Source of the DNA: Phenylobacterium sp.
Lineage (GTDB): Bacteria > Pseudomonadota > Alphaproteobacteria > Caulobacterales > Caulobacteraceae
Direction: 5' to 3'
DNA: 32,569 bases
Assembly (NCBI GenBank): GCA_028290925.1
Contig: JAQGIX010000331.1
Span: forward strand, 1 to 32,569
The notes beneath the pieces were generated by a model that saw only the letters and a list, made by a program, of their open reading frames with translations, did no database searches and was not told the origin of the DNA. The position numbers were made by a program, and so were the translations under genes. Position 1 is the first letter of the stretch. Each line of letters starts with the position of its first letter. Positions 17,701 through 25,991 of the stretch are shown here, one piece after another.

Positions 17701-17849
17701 GTCCGGTCGTTGGACACGGTGCTGTCGGCGAAGGCCTGGGTCGCCCAGATCAGGGCGGAGAGGCTGACCAGGGAGGCGCCGATCTTGCGGGGGTTTCCAC
17801 TGGCGGCTCGACCGCCGTTCGGACCACGCGGCGGAAATTTCCCAGTCAT
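14739..17849 (-). CDS. autotransporter (Gly/Thr/Ser/Asn-rich beta-helical passenger plus C-terminal beta-barrel)
   Basis: GGAGG RBS, signal peptide ending QAFA, repetitive G/T/S/N passenger, linker helix, barrel with LRPQLAVDY...GHTESGG, terminal LTAHLQF. Confidence 0.88.
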   Translation of the reverse strand: MTGKFPPRGPNGGRAASGNPRKIGASLVSLSALIWATQAFADSTVSNDRTTPINTSSANNGAADNVVINSGASVKPPSGAAVTVDSDNTVSNSGTIQIQDKSDATGILVLGGHTGSVSNAGTITINETTTAADTNGDGVLDGPFATGANRFGIRLTGSQPFIGDINHLATGTITVQGNDSAGISLEGSLQGSLSSLGSVTVAGDRAVGVRTGAVSGSVTAGGAISAQGLGAQGVVVGGDVAGAFTVNGSVSATGYRVPIRSTDATAVAKLIASDLLQGGPAVSVAGSVGGGVLIDTLGVVATSSAAPGLQVGAVGRDITLGNVGTGTDAFGIEIRGTASGAGVYDNVSATAVRIGVAGGGAVNTGGGLHITGSAIATSVIADATGVQLLSGANVPLLQNDGAITASITNALGNTARGLLIQAGANLPALANSSSITATVNGTSGDAIAIQDLSGTLTSLQNIRTIAASIGAPTGSVATGRTIAVDVSANTSGVSLLQYDASGGTTPPSITGQVLFGSGNDHADIQAGTVTGDIAFGAGANVLNISGGAKVTGALTAQGGTLALSIGSGALQINSTNTLNLTSLNLGGQSALTLTVDPAAGANTTLNVAGPATLSDGAKLGLRFTSLQQGAATYTLIHASQLTAGTLDTSLLGAAPFLYGVSLSTSAAQGTVSAVVTRKTADQLGLSTAAAAALDPVLQAVDRQAPLRDAILAQTDSSGFQAAYNQLLPSRSSAIFQLSAAQGDAVGRALDDRQGAFSGAWVQELNFGASENARDGLPGYRAWGVGLVGGYEAALSPLAILGLTFGASSSQVRELAQADTGKLTAETLEGGLYWRASAGRFSANARVAGGYLSMTGDRAVAINPATSTGFAATASSRWNGWTASGRFHVAYDAELGPVFLRPQLAVDYAQLSEAGHTESGGGAGVDLILAQRTSSRTSGFAGVAIGTVFGEQATWGPELLIGYRDVVSEKLGATTAQFASGGAQFVVPAEQIGGQGFAARLSFKGENGYGGFAVEGGGELRDGLAIYDLRLTAHLQF

Positions 17850-18082
17850 TCAAAACACCTCCAAGACTTCGAAGATGTCTCTGATTTGAATATGTCCCCT
17901 GGATGTCCCGGATTTGTGGAAAATTCATGTTTCGAGGGTCTAGTTGTCAGTACTGTTTCATCTTTGACTCGGCTGTTGAAACAATCGTTGAATCTTGTGC
18001 TTTGCCTCGAACTTGCAACGGCCCTGGCTGACCGCCGGCCCTTCGACCGCGCGGCGTTCGGGAGCCACCACGAGGCAAAGCC

Positions 18083-18811
18083 ATGCAAATATCAGGAAGT
18101 TCAAGCACTTATGGTGCGGATCAGACGCAGCGTCTGCTCGCCATGCTGCTGCAGGACCAGCAACCCGCTGGGCAAGAGATGCCGGGTTCCAGCAACTCGA
18201 CGACGCCCGCGAGCCCGGCTCCGACCCCGCCGGCCGGCGGCGCCCAGCTGGCCTCCTCAACCCTGTCCGGGCTGCTCGCGGCCCAGCAGTCGCAGCCGCC
18301 CTCGGCGTCGGACCTCGCCGGCCAGATGATCGCCGCCCTCGACACCAATGGCGACGGCAACCTCAGCGCCGACGAGATCACCTCGGCGCTCAGCAACGAT
18401 AAGGCGCTCTCCGGCGACCAGGTCTCGGCGGCGGTGAACAAGCTCGACACCAACGGCGACGGCAAGCTGAGCAGCGCCGAACTGCAGGCGGGCCTGCAGA
18501 CGGCCCAGGCTCGGCCCGGCGGCCATCACCATCATCACGCCGCGGCCGCCAGCTCCGACGTGGCGACCCAGCTGGTCTCGACCGCCGACAGCAACGGCGA
18601 CGGCCAGCTCAGCGTGGCCGAGATCAACGGCGCGCTCGGCGGTGGCGCCAATCCCAGCGACGCGCTCACCACGGCGGTGGCCAAGCTCGACGCCAACGGT
18701 GACGGTTCACTGAGCGCGGCCGAGCTGACGGCCGCGCTGGACGCCTTCCGCTCGGCGCATCACAATCAGGGCCAGAGCGTCCAACCGGCCACGACGACCG
18801 TGACCGCCTGA
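18083..18811 (+). CDS. EF-hand calcium-binding protein (four loops, His run)
   Basis: DTNGDGNLSADE, DTNGDGKLSSAE, DSNGDGQLSVAE, DANGDGSLSAAE; GGHHHHH linker; GAGG RBS. Confidence 0.9.
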   Translation: MQISGSSSTYGADQTQRLLAMLLQDQQPAGQEMPGSSNSTTPASPAPTPPAGGAQLASSTLSGLLAAQQSQPPSASDLAGQMIAALDTNGDGNLSADEITSALSNDKALSGDQVSAAVNKLDTNGDGKLSSAELQAGLQTAQARPGGHHHHHAAAASSDVATQLVSTADSNGDGQLSVAEINGALGGGANPSDALTTAVAKLDANGDGSLSAAELTAALDAFRSAHHNQGQSVQPATTTVTA

Positions 18812-18818
18812 GGTCCGC

Positions 18819-18852
18819 GCGGCCGGAGCCGTCTGCGGAGGGCTTCGGCCGC
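18819..18852 (+). terminator. GC-rich hairpin after the EF-hand gene (terminator or mRNA-stability stem)
   Basis: GCGGCCGGAGCC-N10-GGCTTCGGCCGC, one G-U pair, no U tract. Confidence 0.45.
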
Positions 18853-18957
18853 GGCGAGGCGATTGGCTGCCGCCGCCGCTACAGGTGGTCGCAGGGCCAT
18901 GGAATTATGGCGCGACGGTTATCGGGCCGCCACAATTAGGCCCAAGGACAATCGCCG

Positions 18958-19692
18958 ATGAATTCCCTGTCGCACAACGTCCCGCCCGCGCGACATATCC
19001 TCGTCGTGGACGACGACCGGCAGCTCCGCGAGCAGGTGGTCGAGTACCTCGGCGACCACGGATACAACGTCGCCGCCGCCACCGACGGGGCCGAAATGGA
19101 GCGCCTGCTGGCCGCCGCGCCGGTGGACCTCGTGATCCTCGACGTGATGATGCCCGGAGAGGACGGGCTGTCGATCTGCCGCCGGATCTCCGCCGACGGC
19201 GGGCCGGCGATCATCATGGTCAGCGCCATGGGCGAGGAGGTCGACCGCGTGCTGGGCCTCGAGCTCGGGGCCGACGACTATCTCGCCAAGCCCTGCAGCC
19301 CGCGCGAGCTGCTGGCCCGCGTGCGGGCGGTCTTCCGCCGGCTGGAGGAGGCCCGCCGCGGCGGGCCGCCGAAGGGCCGGACCTACCAGTTCAACGGCTT
19401 CCTGGTGGACACCCTTCGCCGGCAACTGCGCGGGCCGAACGGCGCCACGATCCTCCTGACCTCCGGCGAATATTCGCTGCTCAACGCCTTCCTTGACCAT
19501 CCGCAGCGCATCCTGTCGCGCGACCAGCTGCTGGAGATCGCCCGCGGCTCCCAGGTGGACGTGTTCGACCGCGCCGTGGACGTGCAGATCAGCCGCCTGC
19601 GCCGCAAGCTGCACTCCTGCGTCGAGGTGGAGATCATCAAGACCGTGCGCGGCGTGGGCTATCTGTTCGACACCCGAGTGGTCCGGCCTTGA
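18958..19692 (+). CDS. OmpR-family response regulator
   Basis: ILVVDDD, DLVILDVMMPGEDG, LELGADDYLAKP; C-terminal winged helix FDRAVDVQISRLRRKL...IKTVRGVGY. Confidence 0.96.
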   Translation: MNSLSHNVPPARHILVVDDDRQLREQVVEYLGDHGYNVAAATDGAEMERLLAAAPVDLVILDVMMPGEDGLSICRRISADGGPAIIMVSAMGEEVDRVLGLELGADDYLAKPCSPRELLARVRAVFRRLEEARRGGPPKGRTYQFNGFLVDTLRRQLRGPNGATILLTSGEYSLLNAFLDHPQRILSRDQLLEIARGSQVDVFDRAVDVQISRLRRKLHSCVEVEIIKTVRGVGYLFDTRVVRP

Positions 19693-21116
19693 CCGAGCCG
19701 GCGCCCAGGTGGCGGGCGCGGGCGCCGATCGGCCTGCAACTGGTCGCCCTGCTGCTCGCCAGCCTGCTCGCGGCGCAGCTGATCACCTTCGCGATGATCG
19801 CGGTGATGCCGCCGCCCCGGCCGCAGATCTATCGCGCCTTCGAGATCGCCGCGGCGCTCAAGGGCGGCGCGGTGACCCCGCGGCTCGGCCGCCCGCTGGT
19901 GCGGACCTTCGAGCCGCAGCTCTCCACCGCGCTCGCCCGCCCCGACGCCACCGCCGGTGGCCGCTCGGCCCTCGCCCTGGCCTCGGAACTGGGCGTTCCA
20001 GCCGCCGAGGTGCGACTGCTCACCCACGAGCGCCGCCCGCCCTGGGAACGGCCGAGGGGCATGCGCGGCCCGCGCCCGCCGGGGGCGCCGCCGTCGCAAT
20101 GGTCCGTGCAAGGCGGACGCGAACCGTTCGACCGCGGCGCGAGGTTCGGCGGCGGGCGCTGGCCGGCCGCCGACATCCCGATCTTCGGCGACGTCGAGGC
20201 CGCGGTGCGCCGCCCCTCCGGCGACTGGGTCGTGGTGCGCTCCCAGCCGGAAGCCTTCCCCACCGAGTGGGAGCGGCGCATCCTGATCTGGCTGGCCGCG
20301 GGCTTCCTGCTGGTCGCCCCGGCCGGCTTCCTGTTCGCGCGGCGGATCACCGCGCCCCTGAAGAAGTTCTCCGAGGCCGCCGACCGGCTGGGGCGCGATC
20401 CCACGGCGCCGCCGCTGACACTGTCCGGGCCCGCCGAGATCGGCCTGGCGGCCCGCGCCTTCAACGAGATGCAGGCCCGGTTGCGGCGCTACATCGAGGA
20501 CCGCACGGCCATGGTGGGGGCGATCTCCCACGACCTGCGCACGCCGCTGGCCCGCATCCGCTTCAAGATGGAGCGCGCCCCGGCGCCCCTGCGCGACAGC
20601 GTGCTCGCCGACGTCGCCCAGATGGAGCAGATGATCGGCGACGTCCTGGCCTTCATCCGCGACGAGGGACAGCCGCGGCAACGCGAACGGCTCGACCTCC
20701 TGTCGCTGGTGGAATGCGTCGCCGACGACGCCGCCATGCTGGGCGGTGACGTGGAGATCGACGAGGCCCAGGCGCTCACCGTCGAGGGCGACCCGGTGGG
20801 CCTGCAGCGGCTGTTCGCCAACCTGGTGGACAATGCGGTGAAGTATGGCGCCGGCGCGCGGATCGCGGTGCGCCAGGACGGCTGCAACGCCATCGTCAGC
20901 ATCGCCGACTTCGGCCCCGGCCTGACGGCCCCCGAGATCGAGAAGGTCTTCCTGCCGTTCTACCGCACCGACGCCTCGCGCAACCTCGACAAGGGCGGCG
21001 TGGGCCTCGGCCTGCCGATCGCCCGCGCCACCGCCCGCGCCCACGGCGGCGACGTGGAGCTGTCCTCGGACGGCGACGGCGCCATCGCCCGGGTGAGCCT
21101 GCCCCTGGCGATCTAG
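19689..21116 (+). CDS. membrane sensor histidine kinase (2 TM, HAMP, HisKA, HATPase)
   Basis: TTGA overlap with the regulator; AISHDLRTPL H box, NLVDNAVKY N box, DFGPG, FLPFYR, GVGLGL. Confidence 0.96.
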   Translation: MTEPAPRWRARAPIGLQLVALLLASLLAAQLITFAMIAVMPPPRPQIYRAFEIAAALKGGAVTPRLGRPLVRTFEPQLSTALARPDATAGGRSALALASELGVPAAEVRLLTHERRPPWERPRGMRGPRPPGAPPSQWSVQGGREPFDRGARFGGGRWPAADIPIFGDVEAAVRRPSGDWVVVRSQPEAFPTEWERRILIWLAAGFLLVAPAGFLFARRITAPLKKFSEAADRLGRDPTAPPLTLSGPAEIGLAARAFNEMQARLRRYIEDRTAMVGAISHDLRTPLARIRFKMERAPAPLRDSVLADVAQMEQMIGDVLAFIRDEGQPRQRERLDLLSLVECVADDAAMLGGDVEIDEAQALTVEGDPVGLQRLFANLVDNAVKYGAGARIAVRQDGCNAIVSIADFGPGLTAPEIEKVFLPFYRTDASRNLDKGGVGLGLPIARATARAHGGDVELSSDGDGAIARVSLPLAI

Positions 21117-21862
21117 AGGCCGAACCTGGCGGCCGGGTCGCCGGCGAACTCGCGCGGCCCGATGTGGCTCAACGCACTGCGCGTATCCAGCCAGACCTCG
21201 CCGCCGATCGCGCGCCAGCGGCGGCAGAAGGTGTAGTCCTCGCTGAGATATTCGCGGCTCTCGGGGTCCACCATGCAGTCGAACAGGGCGTACTGATTGG
21301 GGCTGCCGCTCGGCTGCGCGCGGTCGTGCGCGGCGGCGTAGCGGGTCTCCGGATAGGCCGCGATCATCCGCTCCAGGGCCTCGCGCTTGATCAGCATGAA
21401 GCCGGTGCCGGCGAACTCGGCCGTGACGAAGCCGTCGATCGAACGCCGGCGATCGTCGGAGAACGGCGCCCCGACATAGTGGATCTGGGCGGTCTGCAAG
21501 GGCTCGCCGGCGCCGACCCGCGCGGCCACGGCGTCGCCGTATTGCAGCACCTTCAGCGGATACATTCCGGCCACCACCTCTCGGTCGAAGGACAGCAACC
21601 GGGCGACCTGCTCGAGCGTGAAGCCGATGTCGGCGTCGATGAACATCATGTGGGTCATCGCCGGATTGTCGAGGGCGGTGGCCATCAGGGTGTTGCGGGC
21701 GCGCGGGACCAGGGAATCGTTGCCCAGCAGTTCGATGGTGACCGCCATCCCGTCCCGGGCCGTCGCCAGCAGCAGCGCGCAGATCGACTGCATGTAGCGC
21801 TGGGTGACGAGACCGCCGTAACAGGGCGTGGCGACGATCAGGTGCGAGGCGTGCGCGGTCAA
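21113..21862 (-). CDS. GT-A fold (GT2-like) putative glycosyltransferase
   Basis: LIVATPCYGG, SLVPRARN, FIDAD (DxD), GTGFMLIKR, LSEDYTFC, LSHIG; TTG start after GGAGGG. Its stop overlaps the kinase stop in CTAG at 21113-21116. Confidence 0.75.
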   Translation of the reverse strand: MTAHASHLIVATPCYGGLVTQRYMQSICALLLATARDGMAVTIELLGNDSLVPRARNTLMATALDNPAMTHMMFIDADIGFTLEQVARLLSFDREVVAGMYPLKVLQYGDAVAARVGAGEPLQTAQIHYVGAPFSDDRRRSIDGFVTAEFAGTGFMLIKREALERMIAAYPETRYAAAHDRAQPSGSPNQYALFDCMVDPESREYLSEDYTFCRRWRAIGGEVWLDTRSALSHIGPREFAGDPAARFGL

Positions 21863-22046
21863 GGAGAGCCCTCCAGGTGAAGCGGAGGCGACTCACCCGC
21901 CCCGTCGTCGGTCAGGCTCCGCAGGGATTGCGGCGCGGCCATTGCCGCGGCGTTTCAAGTCCGACGATGTCGGCGGGGTTTTCTTAGCCAGGTGACGGCG
22001 CCGGCCGCGCGCGGCATGATCGGTCCGGGGACGTGGGGGAAAGCCG

Positions 22047-23252
22047 ATGGCGGCCGTGGCCGGGAAAATGACGTGGCGCGCCAGCGCCGGCCTGGTGGTC
22101 TTCGTCTGCTTCCTGATCGCTGCGATCGAGGGCTACGACATCCAGGCCTTCGGCATCGCGGCGCCGAAGCTGGTCCCGCAGCTCGGCCTCAACCCCGGAC
22201 AGCAGGGCTGGGCGGCGAGCGCGGCCACCATCGGCCTGGTGCTGGGGGCGCTGGTGGGCGGCTGGCTCTCCGACCGGATCGGCCGCAAGCCGGTGCTGAT
22301 CGGCTCGGTGGCGGCGTTCGGCCTGTTCTCCCTGGCCACGGCCGCCAGCTCTTCCTACGAGACGCTGCTCCTGGCGCGGTTCGCCACCGGCCTGGGCTTC
22401 GGCGGGGCCATGCCCAACCTGGCGACCCTGGCCGCCGAGATCAGCCGGCCGGAGCGCCGCGGCGCCACCCTCACCGCCATCTTCTGCGGCATGCCGGCCG
22501 GCGTCATCGTGGCCGCCCTGACCGCCCGGCTGGCCGGCGCGAACCTGGACTGGCGCAGCATCTTCCTGGCCGGCGGCCTGGTCCCGCTGGCGCTGATCCC
22601 GGTGGCGATCCTGCTGTTGCCGGAAACGCGGCCCGCGCGGGAGCCTGCGGCCGACCGCAACCTGCTGCGCGCCCTGCTCGGCGAGAAGCGCGCCGCCTCG
22701 ACGCTGCTCCTCTGGGCGGTCTTCGTGCCCAATGTGACGATCCTCTACCTCTCGCTGAACTGGCTGCCGACCCTGGTCGTCGACAAGGGGCTGCCGGCCT
22801 CGGAAGGCTTCGCCGCGGCCATGGCCTTCAACCTCGGCGCGGTCATCGGAACCCTGGCGCTGGGCGCGGCCACCGACCGGCTGGGGTGGCGCTGGCCGCT
22901 GGCGCTGGCCTACCTCGCGCTCGCCGCCGCGATGGGCGGCCTGGCGCTCGCCGTCCACGCCGGCGCGATCTTCGCGCTGTCGGCCCTGGCCGGATTCCTG
23001 GTGGTCGGCGCGCAGTTCGCGCTCTACGCCCTGCCGCCGCAGCTCTATCCGCCGCAGCTGCGCGCCGCGGGCACGGGGGCGGCCATCGGGGTCGGTCGCA
23101 TCGGCTCGATCGCCGGCCCGCTGATCGCCGGCGGCCTGCGCAGCGCCGGCGCGACGCCGGGCGAGGTGTTCCTGGCCATGACGCCGGTGGCCCTCGCCGC
23201 CGCGATCTTCCTGGTGATGCTGAGCCGCGTGGCGCGCAGCGAGGCCGCTTAG
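22047..23252 (+). CDS. MFS aromatic acid:H+ symporter (AAHS, MhpT-like)
   Basis: CFLIAAIEGYDIQAFGIAAP, GWLSDRIGRKPVLI, TGLGFGGAMPN, GVGRIGSIAGPL. An alternative start is at 22068. Confidence 0.9.
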   Translation: MAAVAGKMTWRASAGLVVFVCFLIAAIEGYDIQAFGIAAPKLVPQLGLNPGQQGWAASAATIGLVLGALVGGWLSDRIGRKPVLIGSVAAFGLFSLATAASSSYETLLLARFATGLGFGGAMPNLATLAAEISRPERRGATLTAIFCGMPAGVIVAALTARLAGANLDWRSIFLAGGLVPLALIPVAILLLPETRPAREPAADRNLLRALLGEKRAASTLLLWAVFVPNVTILYLSLNWLPTLVVDKGLPASEGFAAAMAFNLGAVIGTLALGAATDRLGWRWPLALAYLALAAAMGGLALAVHAGAIFALSALAGFLVVGAQFALYALPPQLYPPQLRAAGTGAAIGVGRIGSIAGPLIAGGLRSAGATPGEVFLAMTPVALAAAIFLVMLSRVARSEAA

Positions 23253-23271
23253 TCCGGCGCGGTGCGGTCGA

Positions 23272-23361
23272 TGGCGGAGAGGGAGGGATTCGAACCCTCG
23301 ATACCCTTTCGAGTATGCCGCATTTCGAGTGCGGTGCTTTCAACCACTCAGCCACCTCTCC
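23272..23361 (-). tRNA. tRNA-Ser(CGA)
   Basis: Reverse complement GGAGAGGTGGCTGAGTGGTTGAAAGCA-CCGCA-CTCGAAA-TGCGG-long variable arm-GAGGGTTCGAATCCCTC-CCTCTCC-GCCA; 90 nt, G discriminator, encoded CCA. Confidence 0.97.
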
Positions 23362-23445
23362 GAGCCGGTGCGGGGCCTTGATCGAGGGGCCCGCCGAGTG
23401 AGCGGCGGAACCTAGTCAAACGGCTCGGCTGCTGCAAGCTCCCGA

Positions 23446-23868
23446 TCAGCGCGGATACAGCACCATCTGGGTGCAGCGGAACAGCGCCATGGTCTTGCCG
23501 GTGGTCTCGTTGACCGCCTCGGCGTCCCACACCTGGGTCGTGCGCCCGCCGTGCGCCAGCCGGGCGGTGCAGGCGACGCGATCGCCTTCCTTGGCGGTGC
23601 CCAGGTAGTTGGCCTTCAGCTCGATGGTGGTGAAGCCGCTCGCCCCCTCAGGCAGCGAGGCCATGCAGGCGTAGCCGCAGGCGGAGTCCACGAGGGCGAT
23701 CACCGAGGCGGCGTGCAGGAAGCCGTTGGGCGCCATGTGGCCCCGCGTGACCGTGAAACGGCCCGCGGCGCGGCCGGTCGCCACCTCATCCCATTCGATG
23801 CCGAGCTCGCCCGGCAGCGTGCCTTGCTGGCGCTTGGTGAACTCCGCCGCCTGGTTGCCGTCCATCAT
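23446..23868 (-). CDS. PaaI-family hotdog thioesterase
   Basis: HMAPNGFLHAASVIALVDSACG, FTTIELKANYLG, HGGRTTQVWD. Start trimmed to ATG 23868 after GGAGGG. Confidence 0.92.
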   Translation of the reverse strand: MMDGNQAAEFTKRQQGTLPGELGIEWDEVATGRAAGRFTVTRGHMAPNGFLHAASVIALVDSACGYACMASLPEGASGFTTIELKANYLGTAKEGDRVACTARLAHGGRTTQVWDAEAVNETTGKTMALFRCTQMVLYPR

Positions 23869-23941
23869 CGCGAAATCCCTCCCGGCCGATCGCACAACGT
23901 GAGGTGGGCGGGCGCCGCCGGGGAAGGCAAGGCCCGGGTCC

Positions 23942-25990
23942 CTAGAACCGCGCCGTGATCGCAACGCGCGCCGAGCGCGGCTCCAGCGGATGGATGTGGA
24001 TGTCCTCGACGCCGCCCGCCGGCTCGCCGGGCAGCCGGTCGGCGTAGAAATAGTCGGCCGCGTCGTCCTTGGAATCGAACAGGTTGAAGACGTCCAGCTG
24101 CACGCGAAGCTTGCGCGTGAGCTTGTAGCCCGCGTTGAGGTTCACCTCCCGGTAGCCCGGCGAGCGGCGGGAGTTGTCGGCGATCAGGGCGTGGGGCCCG
24201 AGGTCGCGGACCTCCAGGGCGCCAAACCAGGGGCCGAGGTTGTCCACCAGCACGCCCGCCGAGACCACCCGGGCCGGTGCGTCCTCGATGTGGCTGCCCG
24301 CCGGGCTGTGGTCGGTGTAGCGGGCCCGCGAGATCGCCACATTGGCGTTGAGCTCGATCCACCGGTAGGGCCGATACTGCGCCGTCAGCTCCAGCCCCTG
24401 CCGGCGGCCGGGCCGGCCGGCCTCGGTCTGGCCGGCGTCGGCGTTGTAGGTAAGCTCGCTGGCGAACTCCATCTGGAACAGGGTGGCGGCTGCCTGGATG
24501 TGCGGGATCGCGCTGGTGCGCACGCCCAGCTCATAGCCGATGGACTTCACCAGGAACGGCGGCCGGGCGATGAGGCCCAGGTCGGCCAGCGTGCCTGCGC
24601 GCGCGTCGTTGGAATGGAAGCCGCGGCCGGCGCTGACATAGAGTTCGGTCTGCGCCCAGGGGCCGAAGATCAGGCTTCCCTTGGGCTCGACGAGGCTTGC
24701 CGCCTGGTCACCGGAAAGGCCACCCACCAAGTTGTCGTCGCGAGCCTCGAAATGGTCGGCGCGCAGCCCGCCCACCGCGCGCAGATGGTCGCCGAGGTGG
24801 ATCGTGGCCTGGCCGTAGGCCGCCAGGTTCCACTCCTCGACGCGGTCGGCGAACAGAGTCTCCAGGTCGCGGCGCTGCTCGGTGTGGCGGGCGTCCACAT
24901 AGATGTGGTCGTAGCGGCCCTGGATCCCGAAGACCGTCTCGACGGACCGGCTCGCCACGGTCCCGTCCAGCCGGTAGGCGATCTCGCCGCCGGCGGTGAC
25001 CCGCCGGTCGTTCTGGGCGTGCTGGTCGCCGCGCACCGGATCGACCAGGACGTGCGTGAAGTCGTTGTAGAGGGTGAGCTCGTTGCGGATGGCGTAGGCC
25101 GAGGCCTCCAGCCGGCCGGGGCCGAGACCCTCACGGGCATATTCGACGGAGAGCGAGAACCGCTCGGCCTGGCCGCCGTCCGACGGATCGAGCGTTCCGA
25201 AGCGGCCGATCAGGCCCTGCTGGACCGCCCGCAGCGGCTGGTCGGTGGTCGCGTTCCAGAGGCCGCGGTAGTAGAGCGCCGTCACCGCCAGGCCGTCGGC
25301 CGCACCGCCCTGCGAGACGCGCAGCGCGGCGTTGACCTTCCGGAGGTTGTCCGGGTGGTCCCAGGGGCCATCCAGATGCACGCCCTCCCCAGCCACGATC
25401 AGCCGCGCGTCACCCGGCAGCGGCAGGGTCGTCGCCGCGAACAGCCGCTGGTCGCCCAACGTGCCGGCGCTCGCCGACATCTGCGTCGGCAGATCCCCGA
25501 CGAGGCCAAGATGGTTCGAGCCGACCGAGGAAAAGTCGCCCTCGGCGGCGTAGTAGGGGCCCTTGGTGAAGCGCACGCCCGAGGCCAGTTCGGGGATCAG
25601 GAAATTCAGGTCGGTGTAGCCCTGGCCGTGGGCGTGGGTGCGCTCGTTGACCGGCATCCCCCCCACGAAGGTGGCGAGGTCGGTGCCGTGGTCCAGGTTG
25701 AAGCCGCGCAGCAGGTACTGGTTGGCCTTGCCCTCGCCCGAGTGGACCGTGACCACCAGCCCCGGCACCGTCTCGAGGAGCTGGCCCACGCGATAGACCG
25801 GCCGCAGCTCCAGCTCCTGCTTGGTCACCACGCCCTCCGACGCGGTCGCGGCCGTCCCCAGCACGTCCTGGGTTGAGGCGGTCACCACCACTTCGGCGAC
25901 CACCTTGGACGCCTCGGCCTCGGCGCGCACGGGCGCCGCCGCCATCACCGCCGCCAGGCCGGCGACGACCGCCGCCAGCTCGGCCTTCAT
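23942..25990 (-). CDS. TonB-dependent receptor
   Basis: Signal peptide, TonB box EVVVTAS, plug LLETVPGL...LRGFNLDHG...KGPYYA..GDFS, C-terminal DVFNLFD...EPRSARVAITARF. Confidence 0.95.
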   Translation of the reverse strand: MKAELAAVVAGLAAVMAAAPVRAEAEASKVVAEVVVTASTQDVLGTAATASEGVVTKQELELRPVYRVGQLLETVPGLVVTVHSGEGKANQYLLRGFNLDHGTDLATFVGGMPVNERTHAHGQGYTDLNFLIPELASGVRFTKGPYYAAEGDFSSVGSNHLGLVGDLPTQMSASAGTLGDQRLFAATTLPLPGDARLIVAGEGVHLDGPWDHPDNLRKVNAALRVSQGGAADGLAVTALYYRGLWNATTDQPLRAVQQGLIGRFGTLDPSDGGQAERFSLSVEYAREGLGPGRLEASAYAIRNELTLYNDFTHVLVDPVRGDQHAQNDRRVTAGGEIAYRLDGTVASRSVETVFGIQGRYDHIYVDARHTEQRRDLETLFADRVEEWNLAAYGQATIHLGDHLRAVGGLRADHFEARDDNLVGGLSGDQAASLVEPKGSLIFGPWAQTELYVSAGRGFHSNDARAGTLADLGLIARPPFLVKSIGYELGVRTSAIPHIQAAATLFQMEFASELTYNADAGQTEAGRPGRRQGLELTAQYRPYRWIELNANVAISRARYTDHSPAGSHIEDAPARVVSAGVLVDNLGPWFGALEVRDLGPHALIADNSRRSPGYREVNLNAGYKLTRKLRVQLDVFNLFDSKDDAADYFYADRLPGEPAGGVEDIHIHPLEPRSARVAITARF

Positions 25991-25991
25991 C

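Noticed and set aside
23253-23361. tRNA-Ser as an integration site or island boundary
   Set aside because: There is no integrase, I found no duplicated tRNA 3' end in the window, and there is no evident compositional shift next to it.
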